DNA of 32,000 nucleotides, taken from an uncultured Clostridia bacterium (lineage in GTDB: Bacteria > Bacillota > Clostridia > TANB77 > CAG-508). The notes below the pieces were generated by a model. That model made no database searches and was not told the origin of the DNA. It was given only the letters and a program-made list of their open reading frames with translations. The position numbers and the translations under genes are program-made. This document shows, piece by piece, positions 17,674 to 25,954 of the stretch; within the stretch, counting starts at the first letter, position 1, and each line of letters begins with the position of its first letter. Location: the NCBI GenBank assembly GCA_947581825.1, contig CANPVP010000001.1:7606-39605 (forward strand), written 5' to 3'.

Positions 17674-17976
17674 TTATTTTTCTATATCTTGATTAGAATT
17701 TAGTATATATTCTTTTATAATTCTAATTGAATTTTTATGAATGTTTTTTATTTTTTCTATGTCATCACAGAAATTAAATTCTTTTAACATTTTATTTAAA
17801 GCATAATTATCCAGTCCAAAAAAATCCATAAAAGAAACTTTAAAAATTATTTCAATATAATTATTATCACATTTATCTTTTTTTTCATTTTTTATTAATG
17901 TAGTAAGCTGTTCAAATGTATCTTTTCCATGTTTACTCAAAAATAGTTCTGAAAATTTAAGATTTTTAAAATTCAT
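17674..17976 (-). CDS. Hypothetical protein (100 aa from the ATG at 17976)
   Basis: ORF convergent with the XRE gene. A GGAAG RBS precedes the internal ATG. No motif recognised. Confidence 0.5.
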   Translation of the reverse strand: MNFKNLKFSELFLSKHGKDTFEQLTTLIKNEKKDKCDNNYIEIIFKVSFMDFFGLDNYALNKMLKEFNFCDDIEKIKNIHKNSIRIIKEYILNSNQDIEK

Positions 17977-18071
17977 AAAATACACTTCCAATAATTAATA
18001 TAAAAAATCTAATTAAGTCTAAAACTTATTAAATGGTATACATTATTGTATCAAGATACTTGTTTATTTTA

Positions 18072-18088
18072 TGTCAAAAATTGTCGAA
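18072..18088 (+). promoter_or_regulatory. Tandem Spo0A-box pair (TGTCAAA-N3-TGTCGAA)
   Basis: Same 10-bp register as the pair at 17106, located in the divergent region between 17976(-) and the ECF sigma gene. Confidence 0.5.
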
Positions 18089-18275
18089 CATATAAAAAAA
18101 ATAGAGCTTTTTGAATTTGAAGGCTAATTATAAGCATACCAGATTTATAAAAAAGATGTAATAAAAAAAGAAAAAATATAATAAGTAATATTAAAATTAG
18201 TTCACGCTAAAGGAATATGAAATTAAATATAGAAATAAATAGTACAAAATAATTTTATAAAAAATTTTCAAAAAA

Positions 18276-18312
18276 TGAAACTTTTTTTGTGTGTAAATAT
18301 ATCTTATAAGTA
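18276..18312 (+). promoter_or_regulatory. ECF-type promoter upstream of the ECF sigma gene (putative autoregulation)
   Basis: TGAAACTTTTTT-N14-TCTTATAAGTA, ~45 nt upstream of the ATG at 18357. It has the same sequence blocks and spacing as 28580-28616. Confidence 0.55.
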
Positions 18313-18356
18313 TATCAAGTTTGCAAATAAGATATCATGAGAGGAGAAAAATAGGA

Positions 18357-18899
18357 ATGGATAACCTAGTAGAAAAAGCGCAACATGGGGATAAAGAAGC
18401 TTTTACTGAACTTATACTATTATTAAAATCAGAGTTATATAAAATTGCGAAAACAAGGATAAACAATGATGAAGATGTATACGATGTAATACAAGAAACG
18501 ATGATAATTGCATTTAATTCAATAAAAAAATTAAAGCAAATCGAAAAGTTTAAACCATGGATAATAAAGATTTTAATAAATGTAAGTAATAATTTATATA
18601 AAAAAACAAATAAAAGCAATGTTATATCATTAGATAAAATTGAAGGTTATAGTTCCTTAGAGTACTCTGATTTTGATGAGGTTGAAACAATATTGGATTT
18701 CAATTTTATTTTAAATAATTTTAAATATGAAGATAGAATAATCATTATTTTATTCTATGTAGAAAAATTTACTGATAAAGAAATTGGACAAATATTAAAT
18801 TTAAAAGAAAACACTGTCAAGACAAAAAGGACAAGAGTAAAGGAAAAAATTAAAGAAATGATTAAAGGAGGTCAAGAATTTTATGGATCAATTAGATAA
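18357..18899 (+). CDS. ECF-type (group 4) sigma-70 family sigma factor
   Basis: 180 aa from the ATG preceded by GAGGAG. It has region 2 (DVYDVIQETMIIAF, FKPWIIKILIN) and region 4 (FTDKEIGQILNLKENTVKTKRTRVKEKI). The track ORF starts at an upstream TTG. Confidence 0.85.
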   Translation: MDNLVEKAQHGDKEAFTELILLLKSELYKIAKTRINNDEDVYDVIQETMIIAFNSIKKLKQIEKFKPWIIKILINVSNNLYKKTNKSNVISLDKIEGYSSLEYSDFDEVETILDFNFILNNFKYEDRIIIILFYVEKFTDKEIGQILNLKENTVKTKRTRVKEKIKEMIKGGQEFYGSIR

Positions 18900-19995
18900 A
18901 AAATTATATAATGATTTAAATACACAGATAGAAATTCCAGAAAAACTTGATACAATTATAAAAAATGGATTAAATAAAAAGAAATCACCTTATTCATTTC
19001 TTAAATTAATTGCATCAGTTTGTATTATTACATTTATAACTTCAGGAGTAGTTTTAGCAGGGGGAAAAGCAGTTGAAAAAATATGGAAAGAACCACAAAG
19101 AGTAACGATGGATTACAAAGAAAATAATAACAATGATATGACTAAAGAAAATATAATGTCTGAAGAAGAAGCAAGAAAAAAAGGAAAAGAAATATTGGAA
19201 AAATTCGGATATAAAAACGATAAAATAAAAACAATAAAACTTGACAAGAGTCCTGATGATTTTGATGTAGCTTGGTGTATTGAAAGTGAAGATAATATTT
19301 ATATAGATTTTGATGCTAAGGGAGAAGAGTTTTTTTGTATATCAGATGATAATGTATTATATAAGGATATAGAAAAATATAGAACAACAGAAAAAGAAGC
19401 AGAAAAAACTGCTAAGGAACTAGCTAAGAAGTATGGTTATGATACAGAACAGTATAGTTATGCAGAAGTAAGTTCAAACTTAAATTCAGAAAGTGATTCA
19501 TATATTTGGAATGTTACTTTTTATAAGGAATATGATGGAATAAAAAATCCTTATGAAAGTATTCAGGTTACATTTGTTCCAAAAATAAATCAAATATGTG
19601 GATTGAGTGTAGTAAATAAAAAATTTGAAAATAATCCTGTAGAAATTACAAAAGAACAAGCTAAAGAAATTGCTTTAAAAGAAGAACAGAAAATTAATGT
19701 AAAATATGAAGTAAAAAATATAGAAATAAATTTAAGGATAGAATCAATGAATGGATGTGCTTACCTTAGAACAAATGATTATGAACAATTGCATAAGCAA
19801 ACTCCTGCAGACTATCCAAATGAAAAATGGGTATTCTATCGAACAGATTCACGAATTAGAAAGATTTGGTTAGTAACAATAGTATATGATATACCTAACA
19901 AATTTGCGGAAGATTATAATGTGAACGATGAAAGAGTTAGTTATTTTGTAGATGCAACAACAGGAGAAGTAATAGGTGGAGGTAGTATCTTTTAG
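18883..19995 (+). CDS. Putative anti-sigma factor: N-terminal cytoplasmic segment, one TM helix, three PepSY-like extracytoplasmic modules
   Basis: Overlaps the sigma gene stop by 17 nt. TM helix is LKLIASVCIITFITSGVVLAG. Three repeats begin EEEARKKGKEILEKFGY, TEKEAEKTAKELAKKYGY and TKEQAKEIALKEE. Confidence 0.65.
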   Translation: MDQLDKKLYNDLNTQIEIPEKLDTIIKNGLNKKKSPYSFLKLIASVCIITFITSGVVLAGGKAVEKIWKEPQRVTMDYKENNNNDMTKENIMSEEEARKKGKEILEKFGYKNDKIKTIKLDKSPDDFDVAWCIESEDNIYIDFDAKGEEFFCISDDNVLYKDIEKYRTTEKEAEKTAKELAKKYGYDTEQYSYAEVSSNLNSESDSYIWNVTFYKEYDGIKNPYESIQVTFVPKINQICGLSVVNKKFENNPVEITKEQAKEIALKEEQKINVKYEVKNIEINLRIESMNGCAYLRTNDYEQLHKQTPADYPNEKWVFYRTDSRIRKIWLVTIVYDIPNKFAEDYNVNDERVSYFVDATTGEVIGGGSIF

Positions 19996-20049
19996 AAGAG
20001 TGAAGTAGTAAGAGTATACAAATTAAAAAAAATGACCTTTTTGAAATAA

Positions 20050-20083
20050 AAAAGCTACTGGAATAGATTTCACAGTAGCTTTT
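20050..20083 (+). terminator. Hairpin terminator after the anti-sigma gene
   Basis: 11-bp stem AAAAGCTACTG/CAGTAGCTTTT with a 12-nt loop. Confidence 0.55.
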
Positions 20084-20192
20084 GGTATAGACTTTACGGA
20101 GAAAATTCACCGTAATTCAAACAACTTACAAGTCGTTTAAATGAAAACTAGATGAGATGATTGATAAGATTCACGAATTGCTTATTCTTTTT

Positions 20193-20705
20193 TCAATTGT
20201 TCAAAATATAGCTGTAATCAACATTACAGCTTCTATTCGGAGCATAGTTACCGTTAGCATCCTGAACAATGAAGCGAATTTTTAATTTTTTGCCTTGTAC
20301 AGAACTATAGGTTTGTACACTAACAGAGCCACTTGGACTAGCCTTAGAGACACCAGAAGCATATACTGTACCAGTAGAAGCATCTACAATTTCAACTTTC
20401 AGTTTAGATGAAGAGCTACAAGTGTAAGTTGTTGCAATAGTGAGATATTTGCACTGGCTATTGCTGTCAATAGTCTTAGTCTTGGTCATATTGGAGCCTA
20501 CCATATTAAAGCTACCAACATGACGTTTGGTGTTGCCAGTGTACGTCCATGTTTCCTCACCACCAGACAGAGGCATTACGTCTCCATAAGAGGTGGGCAT
20601 TACGTCACAGTTAAAGATTTCAGTAGCAAAAGCCACCGATGATGAGCAGAGAATCATGACCATAGCCATGAGAACCGGAAGAATCCGCTTGGTAAAATTT
20701 TTCAT
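20193..20705 (-). CDS. Secreted hypothetical protein (beta-rich, Cys-containing), compositionally foreign
   Basis: The ATG at 20705 has an AAAGGAG RBS. Signal peptide MKNFTKRILPVLMAMVMILCSSSVAFA. G+C is visibly higher than in all surrounding DNA. Confidence 0.75.
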   Translation of the reverse strand: MKNFTKRILPVLMAMVMILCSSSVAFATEIFNCDVMPTSYGDVMPLSGGEETWTYTGNTKRHVGSFNMVGSNMTKTKTIDSNSQCKYLTIATTYTCSSSSKLKVEIVDASTGTVYASGVSKASPSGSVSVQTYSSVQGKKLKIRFIVQDANGNYAPNRSCNVDYSYILNN

Positions 20706-20766
20706 TAGAATTACTCCTTTCATAAGCATCTCATCAAGTTTTCAATGCAATAAAATACACAATAAG

Positions 20767-20835
20767 TATATAATAAAAAATAGATATTTATAAATAAAAG
20801 TGGAAAAAAGTGGAAAAAAGGGGAAAAAGGGGAAA
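20767..20835 (-). promoter_or_regulatory. Promoter region with four phased ~10-bp repeats (TTTCCNCTTT type) upstream of the secreted-protein gene
   Basis: The minus strand reads TTTCCCCTTTTTCCCCTTTTTTCCACTTTTTTCCACTTTTATTTA-N18-TATATA. The near-identical layout is found at 29441-29488. Confidence 0.5.
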
Positions 20836-21287
20836 TGCCTAAAAGAAATTTATGTGAAAAATTATAATAATGCGTATAAATAGATTATATATGATATACT
20901 AAAAATGCCAAAAACAGCCTAAAAAACAATTAAAGAAAATTTTGGGACGTGTTTATTGAATTTGATTTAGAAAATATATAAAATATAGGTGTGTATAAAG
21001 ATTATGCTATAGTTTATAAATACTATAACTATCTTCAGTAAAAACTGAAGCATAGCTACTAAAAATTTAGTTAGTAGCAGTTTTTCTACATTTTATATGT
21101 AGCACAAAATGGGAATGCAACTAATAAATATATAGATTATTTATTGTGCTTAAAAATTGAAGAAAGTAAATGTGAGTTAACTCCCCCAACTTACAAATGC
21201 TTTCTCTTTTTTTACCCAAATTTAAAGAAAAGGAGGAGTTAATTAAAAAATCTTTTACACAGAAAGAATGGAAGGAGATTTAAGAAC

Positions 21288-21650
21288 ATGGAAAGTGGTT
21301 TTAGTTTTGAATTATATGAAAGGGTATTTGAAAATTGTTTTATACATAGTTCTTATTACAAAAATGGAAATTTACAACTGAGTTTATTTGGAAATGATTC
21401 AGAAACAAATGAAATAGCACATTTTGCAGATATTACACTAGAACAAAATAAAAAGTTATTAGGAGAAAACGAAATTGTAGTAGATTGTACATATAAACCT
21501 ACACTAATCCCTCAATTACTGGAATTAGGTATTTTGCAAGAACAAACTGGTTTATATGTAGAAGGATTAAATATTTATCCAATCTACAAAGTAGACTTAA
21601 GTAATTTAATACAAAAACAATATGTAATGCAAAAATTAGTTGCTGCATAA
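21288..21650 (+). CDS. DUF4313-like protein (120 aa)
   Basis: GGAAGGAG RBS. The pattern FELYERVFENCFIHSSYYKNGNLQLSLF..EIAHFADITL matches my memory of the DUF4313 family common on conjugative elements. Confidence 0.5.
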   Translation: MESGFSFELYERVFENCFIHSSYYKNGNLQLSLFGNDSETNEIAHFADITLEQNKKLLGENEIVVDCTYKPTLIPQLLELGILQEQTGLYVEGLNIYPIYKVDLSNLIQKQYVMQKLVAA

Positions 21651-21669
21651 GAAGAAAGGAAGGTAAAGA

Positions 21670-22837
21670 ATGGAAAAAACACGATTTGTAAATTTACCAG
21701 TAATTCGGAAGAATCCAACATGGAGAAAGAACTGAGAAAAAAGTAACAGAACTAGGCTATTTTATAGCAAAAGTTGATGATACTTATATGCAAACATACT
21801 TACAAAAATTTGATAAGATATATAAAGGTAAACAATGTATTGACATAGAATTTTTTAATGATGAACCTTTAACGATAAAATATGCAAGATATAATCAAAG
21901 TGGAGAAGTATGCTATTGTATGGCAAATTCAAATACAGCTAATCAAAAAACTAAAAATGGATGGCAATCAGTGCAATGTAATTCTAATTGTCAGTATAGA
22001 CAAAAAAATGAATTTGGAAAATCAGCTTGTAATCGTATAGGCTGGCTTAAATTTTTTATTCCCAGTGTATGCAAAGACAGAATTTTTTTAATGAGAATAA
22101 CAGGTCAAACATCACTTAATAGACTTGATGATTATTTTAATTTACAACGAGTACAGGGAAATACTATAAAAGGGCAATATACTTTATTTCTAAAACAAGA
22201 AGAACAGTCAAATAGTTTAGGCAAAACTTTCAATAATTATGTCTTAGATATTCTGAAAAAAGATGATTTTATTTCTCAAGAATCAATTCCACAAAATAAT
22301 AATAGACCAAAAGAAAATTATATATGTAATGACCAAAATATAAATAAAAAAGTAGTAAATAACGATACTAAAAAAGAAAATATACAATCTACATCAGAAA
22401 ATAATGTAAATCTAGATAATATAGATAATGTAACAACAGAAAAAAATACTAAAAAGGACATTTCTAAGGAAAAAATCCCAAAAGGAACAAAAAGCAAATC
22501 TAAAAAATCTGAAAATACTGAAATAAAGGCAGAAAGTAATTTAAAAGAAAATAAAATAAGTCAAGAAAAATCTTTGGATAATGAAAACTTAGATAATTGT
22601 TATGCTTTACTTAGTACTTTTAACGAAACAATAGCAAATAAAGAATATTTAATAGGTGAATTTACAGATATGAATGACAAAATATGCAATATTGCAATTC
22701 GACCAGAAGATGCGGAAGAACTTGCAAAGTGTGATTTAGGAACATTTGTAAGATTAGATGTGTCAGAAAGAAAGGGAAGAAAATTTGCAATAAAACTTGA
22801 ATTTATCGAAAAAACACAAAAAAAAGTAGTAGCATAA
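21670..22837 (+). pseudogene. Possible phiC31-gp3-like recombination directionality factor with C-terminal extension; 5' end frameshifted
   Basis: The ATG at 21670 gives MEKTRFVNLPVIRKNPTWRKN*. The long ORF (track 21788..22837) is open from 21704 as FGRIQHGERTEKKVTELGYFIAKVDD. Deleting the C at 21706 joins them as ..NLPVIGRIQHGE... The body is Cys-rich, followed by a K/N/E-rich linker and a C-terminal globular part. Confidence 0.45.
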
Positions 22838-22976
22838 TGAGTACTTAGGAAATATTCAAAATACACTACTACTTATATGGCATTGCACCTATGAATTTTC
22901 TATATTATATACAAGTAAATGGATTAAGTCAATAGTAAAAAAATGATAAGTTAAAAAATAAGGAGAAGTATATACC

Positions 22977-23195
22977 ATGAATAATGAATTCAAGAATAGT
23001 ACATTGGTGATTGTATGTGGTCCTGGTGAAAACAATGGAAAAATATATAGAAACGTGCTAGGTATAATTGTTGAAAGAGATCCTTATTACAAAGATTATT
23101 TAGTAAGATTTCAAGACGGAACAGAGGATTGGTTTCTGCCAAGATACATACGAAAACTATGTAAAAGGAAAAAGGAGAAAAGTAATGAAGGTTAA
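22977..23195 (+). CDS. Small hypothetical protein (72 aa)
   Basis: AAGGAGAAG RBS. Overlaps the downstream ATPase gene by 11 nt, suggesting translational coupling. Confidence 0.6.
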   Translation: MNNEFKNSTLVIVCGPGENNGKIYRNVLGIIVERDPYYKDYLVRFQDGTEDWFLPRYIRKLCKRKKEKSNEG

Positions 23196-25023
23196 TTATA
23201 TAAAAACTAAAGGTTTTAGAAAGTTTGAGAAAATATTTGAAACAGAATTATATGATATTACTAATATAACAGGTAAAAACAGAGCTGGGAAAAGTAATGT
23301 ATTATATGCAATTATAAATATAATGCTTGGGACTAATCTATCAGGAGATGAAAAGGCATGTTTAATTAATAAAAATTGTGATTCATCTTATGGAGAAATG
23401 AGATTTACAGACAATAGAGGAATGGAGCATACTTTAATTCGTGTGAAAAATAAATATTCTAATAAAGGAAATATTATCAGCCTAGATGGAAAATCTATTA
23501 CACAAGCTGAATTAACAAGTTTTTATAAGGATAAAAAATTATTTTTATCAGTTGTAAATCCAATATATTTTCTTAACAAAAAAACAGCAGAACAAAAAGA
23601 ATTGGTTGATAAGTATCTGTCGGATATAAAGCCTAAAACAATATTTGATAGACTAACAGAGGATGAACAAAATAAATTAATAGATAAATATTATAAAGAT
23701 ACAGAAAAAACATATAATGAACTCACTTTTAAAGAGCAAGAGAATTTTATAAACTGTAAAATGTTAGATATTTGTATGGACGTTGCTTATAGTAATTTAA
23801 GTAAATCAGAAAAAAATGTATTAGAAGAAATTCCAAAAGATATACCAGTATATATCAGTGAATTAAATGCAGGAATAAAAAGAACAGAGAGTATCATATC
23901 CTCTTTAGATGGTAAAATAGAATATACACAAAGTATCGTAAACGAAGAAATACCTAAATATAAGATTTTCGAAAAGGAAGAGGAACTTTCACTTGCAGAG
24001 CAAGAATTAGCTTACTTGAACAGTAACTATAAAATCGTCGAAAAAGATAATCAAAAGAAAATCGTAGAAGAAATGGAAAGAGATATTTTATTAAAAGAAA
24101 CAGAGTTTTGCGAACTTGAAGACGAAATGAAAAAAGGTAAAAAAATATATCTTTCTATTAAAAATGGAACTTCTTGTACTTGTCCTACATGCAATCAAAA
24201 AATACAAGATGAAAGTAAGAATATAACAATATCAAATATGTACTCTGAATTAGTAGCAAAGTATGATAGAAGAAATTTATTAGAAACACAATTAAAAGAT
24301 TTAAAAATAAAATTATCAGCAGAACGTTGTAAATATCATGCTCTAGAAGGAAATCCAACAGTGGAAAGACAAAAAAGAATTGAGCTTGTTAAGGAGACTA
24401 TAAATAGGTTGGAGCAAGAAAAGCAAGATATTCAAATATTTAATAAGGAGATAAAAATTAAAGAAAAAAATATAAATACAGCAAAAATTGATATAAAAAA
24501 ATTCAATTACGAAAAGCAAGAGAAAACAAAACTTATTAGTAGTTTTAATGATGCCAAAAAAATAGCTCAAAAGTTATATATATCATATATTGAAGAAAAG
24601 ATGAAAATAGCTAAAGAATATTTAAAAAATGTAAATATAAAATTCTATTCCGTACTTAAGACTACAGGAGAAATTAAAGAGGATTTTATAATTACTTATA
24701 AAAATACTCCACTTACAGATTTATCTCGTTCTGAAACTATTGCAACAGCTTTAGAGTTTGCTAATATGTTTAATAAAATTAGCAATGCCAATTTCCCTAT
24801 TTTTATTGATGATTATGAAAGTTGTACAGATTATGACTTTATCAAAGAATATTCTAAAAATACTCAAATTATCGTATCAAAGGTAGAAAAAGGAAGTAAT
24901 CTAAAAATAGCAGATGCAAACAGTCTTAAGCTTAAGATTATTAAAACAGCTATTAAAGGTTATAAAACAGTTAAAACATATAAAAATAATATAAATAATG
25001 TAGCAGAAAAAAAGGCTGCATAA
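23185..25023 (+). CDS. SMC/Rad50/SbcC-like ATPase with central CxxC hook
   Basis: 612 aa with N-terminal Walker A GKNRAGKS and a long coiled coil. SCTCPTCNQ sits near the midpoint. The C-terminus has signature-like LSRSE and Walker B PIFIDDYES. Confidence 0.75.
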   Translation: MKVNYIKTKGFRKFEKIFETELYDITNITGKNRAGKSNVLYAIINIMLGTNLSGDEKACLINKNCDSSYGEMRFTDNRGMEHTLIRVKNKYSNKGNIISLDGKSITQAELTSFYKDKKLFLSVVNPIYFLNKKTAEQKELVDKYLSDIKPKTIFDRLTEDEQNKLIDKYYKDTEKTYNELTFKEQENFINCKMLDICMDVAYSNLSKSEKNVLEEIPKDIPVYISELNAGIKRTESIISSLDGKIEYTQSIVNEEIPKYKIFEKEEELSLAEQELAYLNSNYKIVEKDNQKKIVEEMERDILLKETEFCELEDEMKKGKKIYLSIKNGTSCTCPTCNQKIQDESKNITISNMYSELVAKYDRRNLLETQLKDLKIKLSAERCKYHALEGNPTVERQKRIELVKETINRLEQEKQDIQIFNKEIKIKEKNINTAKIDIKKFNYEKQEKTKLISSFNDAKKIAQKLYISYIEEKMKIAKEYLKNVNIKFYSVLKTTGEIKEDFIITYKNTPLTDLSRSETIATALEFANMFNKISNANFPIFIDDYESCTDYDFIKEYSKNTQIIVSKVEKGSNLKIADANSLKLKIIKTAIKGYKTVKTYKNNINNVAEKKAA

Positions 25024-25029
25024 AGATTA

Positions 25030-25055
25030 AAGGCAGAGAAATCTGTCTTTTTCTT
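25030..25055 (+). terminator. Rho-independent terminator after the ATPase gene
   Basis: Stem AAGGCAGA/TCTGTCTT (one G-U pair), loop GAAA, then TTTCTT. Confidence 0.55.
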
Positions 25056-25082
25056 ACTATAAAAAAAGAGAGGAAAATACAT

Positions 25083-25499
25083 ATGAAAATTAAAGTTTTA
25101 TTAGTTATGCCAGGAAAAGAAGTTCAAATTATAAAAATTCCTGCTAGTATGAAATTTATAAAATCTTTTATTGGAGAGGAGTTATACAGAATAAAATTGA
25201 ATGAAAATAATGTTCTTATAGCAAATTATAATGCTAATATAAATGAGTTTAATAGAATAGTCAAAGGAAATATTATATTAGGAACATTTATAATTGTTTC
25301 AATAAAAAATAAATTTAGAGTCTCAATGAAGAAAAAGGATATTAGAAAGTTTACTAATATGTTTAAGTTAAAAAAACATCAGAAAAAAGTAGAAATCTTC
25401 AAAGAAGAATACTTGGAGGAATACTACTCAAATCAAAAAATAATGAAACAAAAAAATGCTGAAAAAAATAGAAGAGAAATTTTAAACATAGCAGCATAA
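25083..25499 (+). CDS. DUF3846-like protein
   Basis: 138 aa. MKIKVLLVMPGKEVQIIKIP..FIGEE..LIANYNANINEFNR..GTFIIV follows the DUF3846 pattern as I recall it. Confidence 0.55.
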   Translation: MKIKVLLVMPGKEVQIIKIPASMKFIKSFIGEELYRIKLNENNVLIANYNANINEFNRIVKGNIILGTFIIVSIKNKFRVSMKKKDIRKFTNMFKLKKHQKKVEIFKEEYLEEYYSNQKIMKQKNAEKNRREILNIAA

Positions 25500-25516
25500 A
25501 GAAAGGAAGGAAAAAT

Positions 25517-25924
25517 ATGAATAAATGTGTTTTACTAGGAAGACTTACAAAAAATCCAGAAATAAGATATACACAGACTAATAATGTGATGATAGCAAAT
25601 TTTACTCTTGCTGTTAATAGAAATTATGCTAAAGAGGGAGAAGAAAGGCAAACTGATTTTATAAAAATAGTTGCGTATTCAAAAGTTGCAGAATTTGTAA
25701 ATAAGTATGTTGGTAAAGGATTACAAATATGTATTGGTGGTAGAATACAAACTCGTACATATGAGGACAATAACGGAAAAAAACAGTATGTTACTGAAGT
25801 GATTGCTGAAGAAGTGAATTTTGCAGATAGTCCGAAAAAAGCAGATAAAAATATATTATGGACTAATAACAATAGTGAAAATGGAGAAGAATCAACAATA
25901 GAAGATGACGATTTACCATTTTAA
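25517..25924 (+). CDS. ssb: Single-stranded DNA-binding protein
   Basis: 135 aa with the OB-fold start MNKCVLLGRLTKNPEIRYT and an acidic C-terminal tail ending DDDLPF. Confidence 0.92.
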   Translation: MNKCVLLGRLTKNPEIRYTQTNNVMIANFTLAVNRNYAKEGEERQTDFIKIVAYSKVAEFVNKYVGKGLQICIGGRIQTRTYEDNNGKKQYVTEVIAEEVNFADSPKKADKNILWTNNNSENGEESTIEDDDLPF

Positions 25925-25954
25925 ACGAAAAAAGATGAAAGGAAGAATAAATCT

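Noticed and set aside
18321-18356. TTG or other upstream starts used by the ORF track at 18321, 16882, 17991, 6200, 11377, 20729 and 26274
   Set aside because: In each case an internal ATG with a properly spaced purine-rich RBS is present, so the feature coordinates use the internal ATG.
20738-20744. TGAAAAC (minus strand) as a third ECF-type promoter, for the secreted-protein gene
   Set aside because: The extra A breaks the TGAAAC motif and the conserved TTTTTT and TCT blocks are absent. A start site there would fall inside the RBS.
20797-20835. Tandem 10-bp repeats as a CRISPR array or minisatellite
   Set aside because: The units are only ~10 bp with no spacers, and there are only four of them. 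They are better interpreted as phased regulator-binding repeats in a promoter.
21268-21381. 37-aa ORF (MEGDLRTWKVV..) overlapping the start of the DUF4313-like gene in another frame
   Set aside because: The GGAAGGAG sequence it contains is better explained as the RBS of the ATG at 21288. The nearest RBS-like sequence upstream of it is more than 20 nt away.
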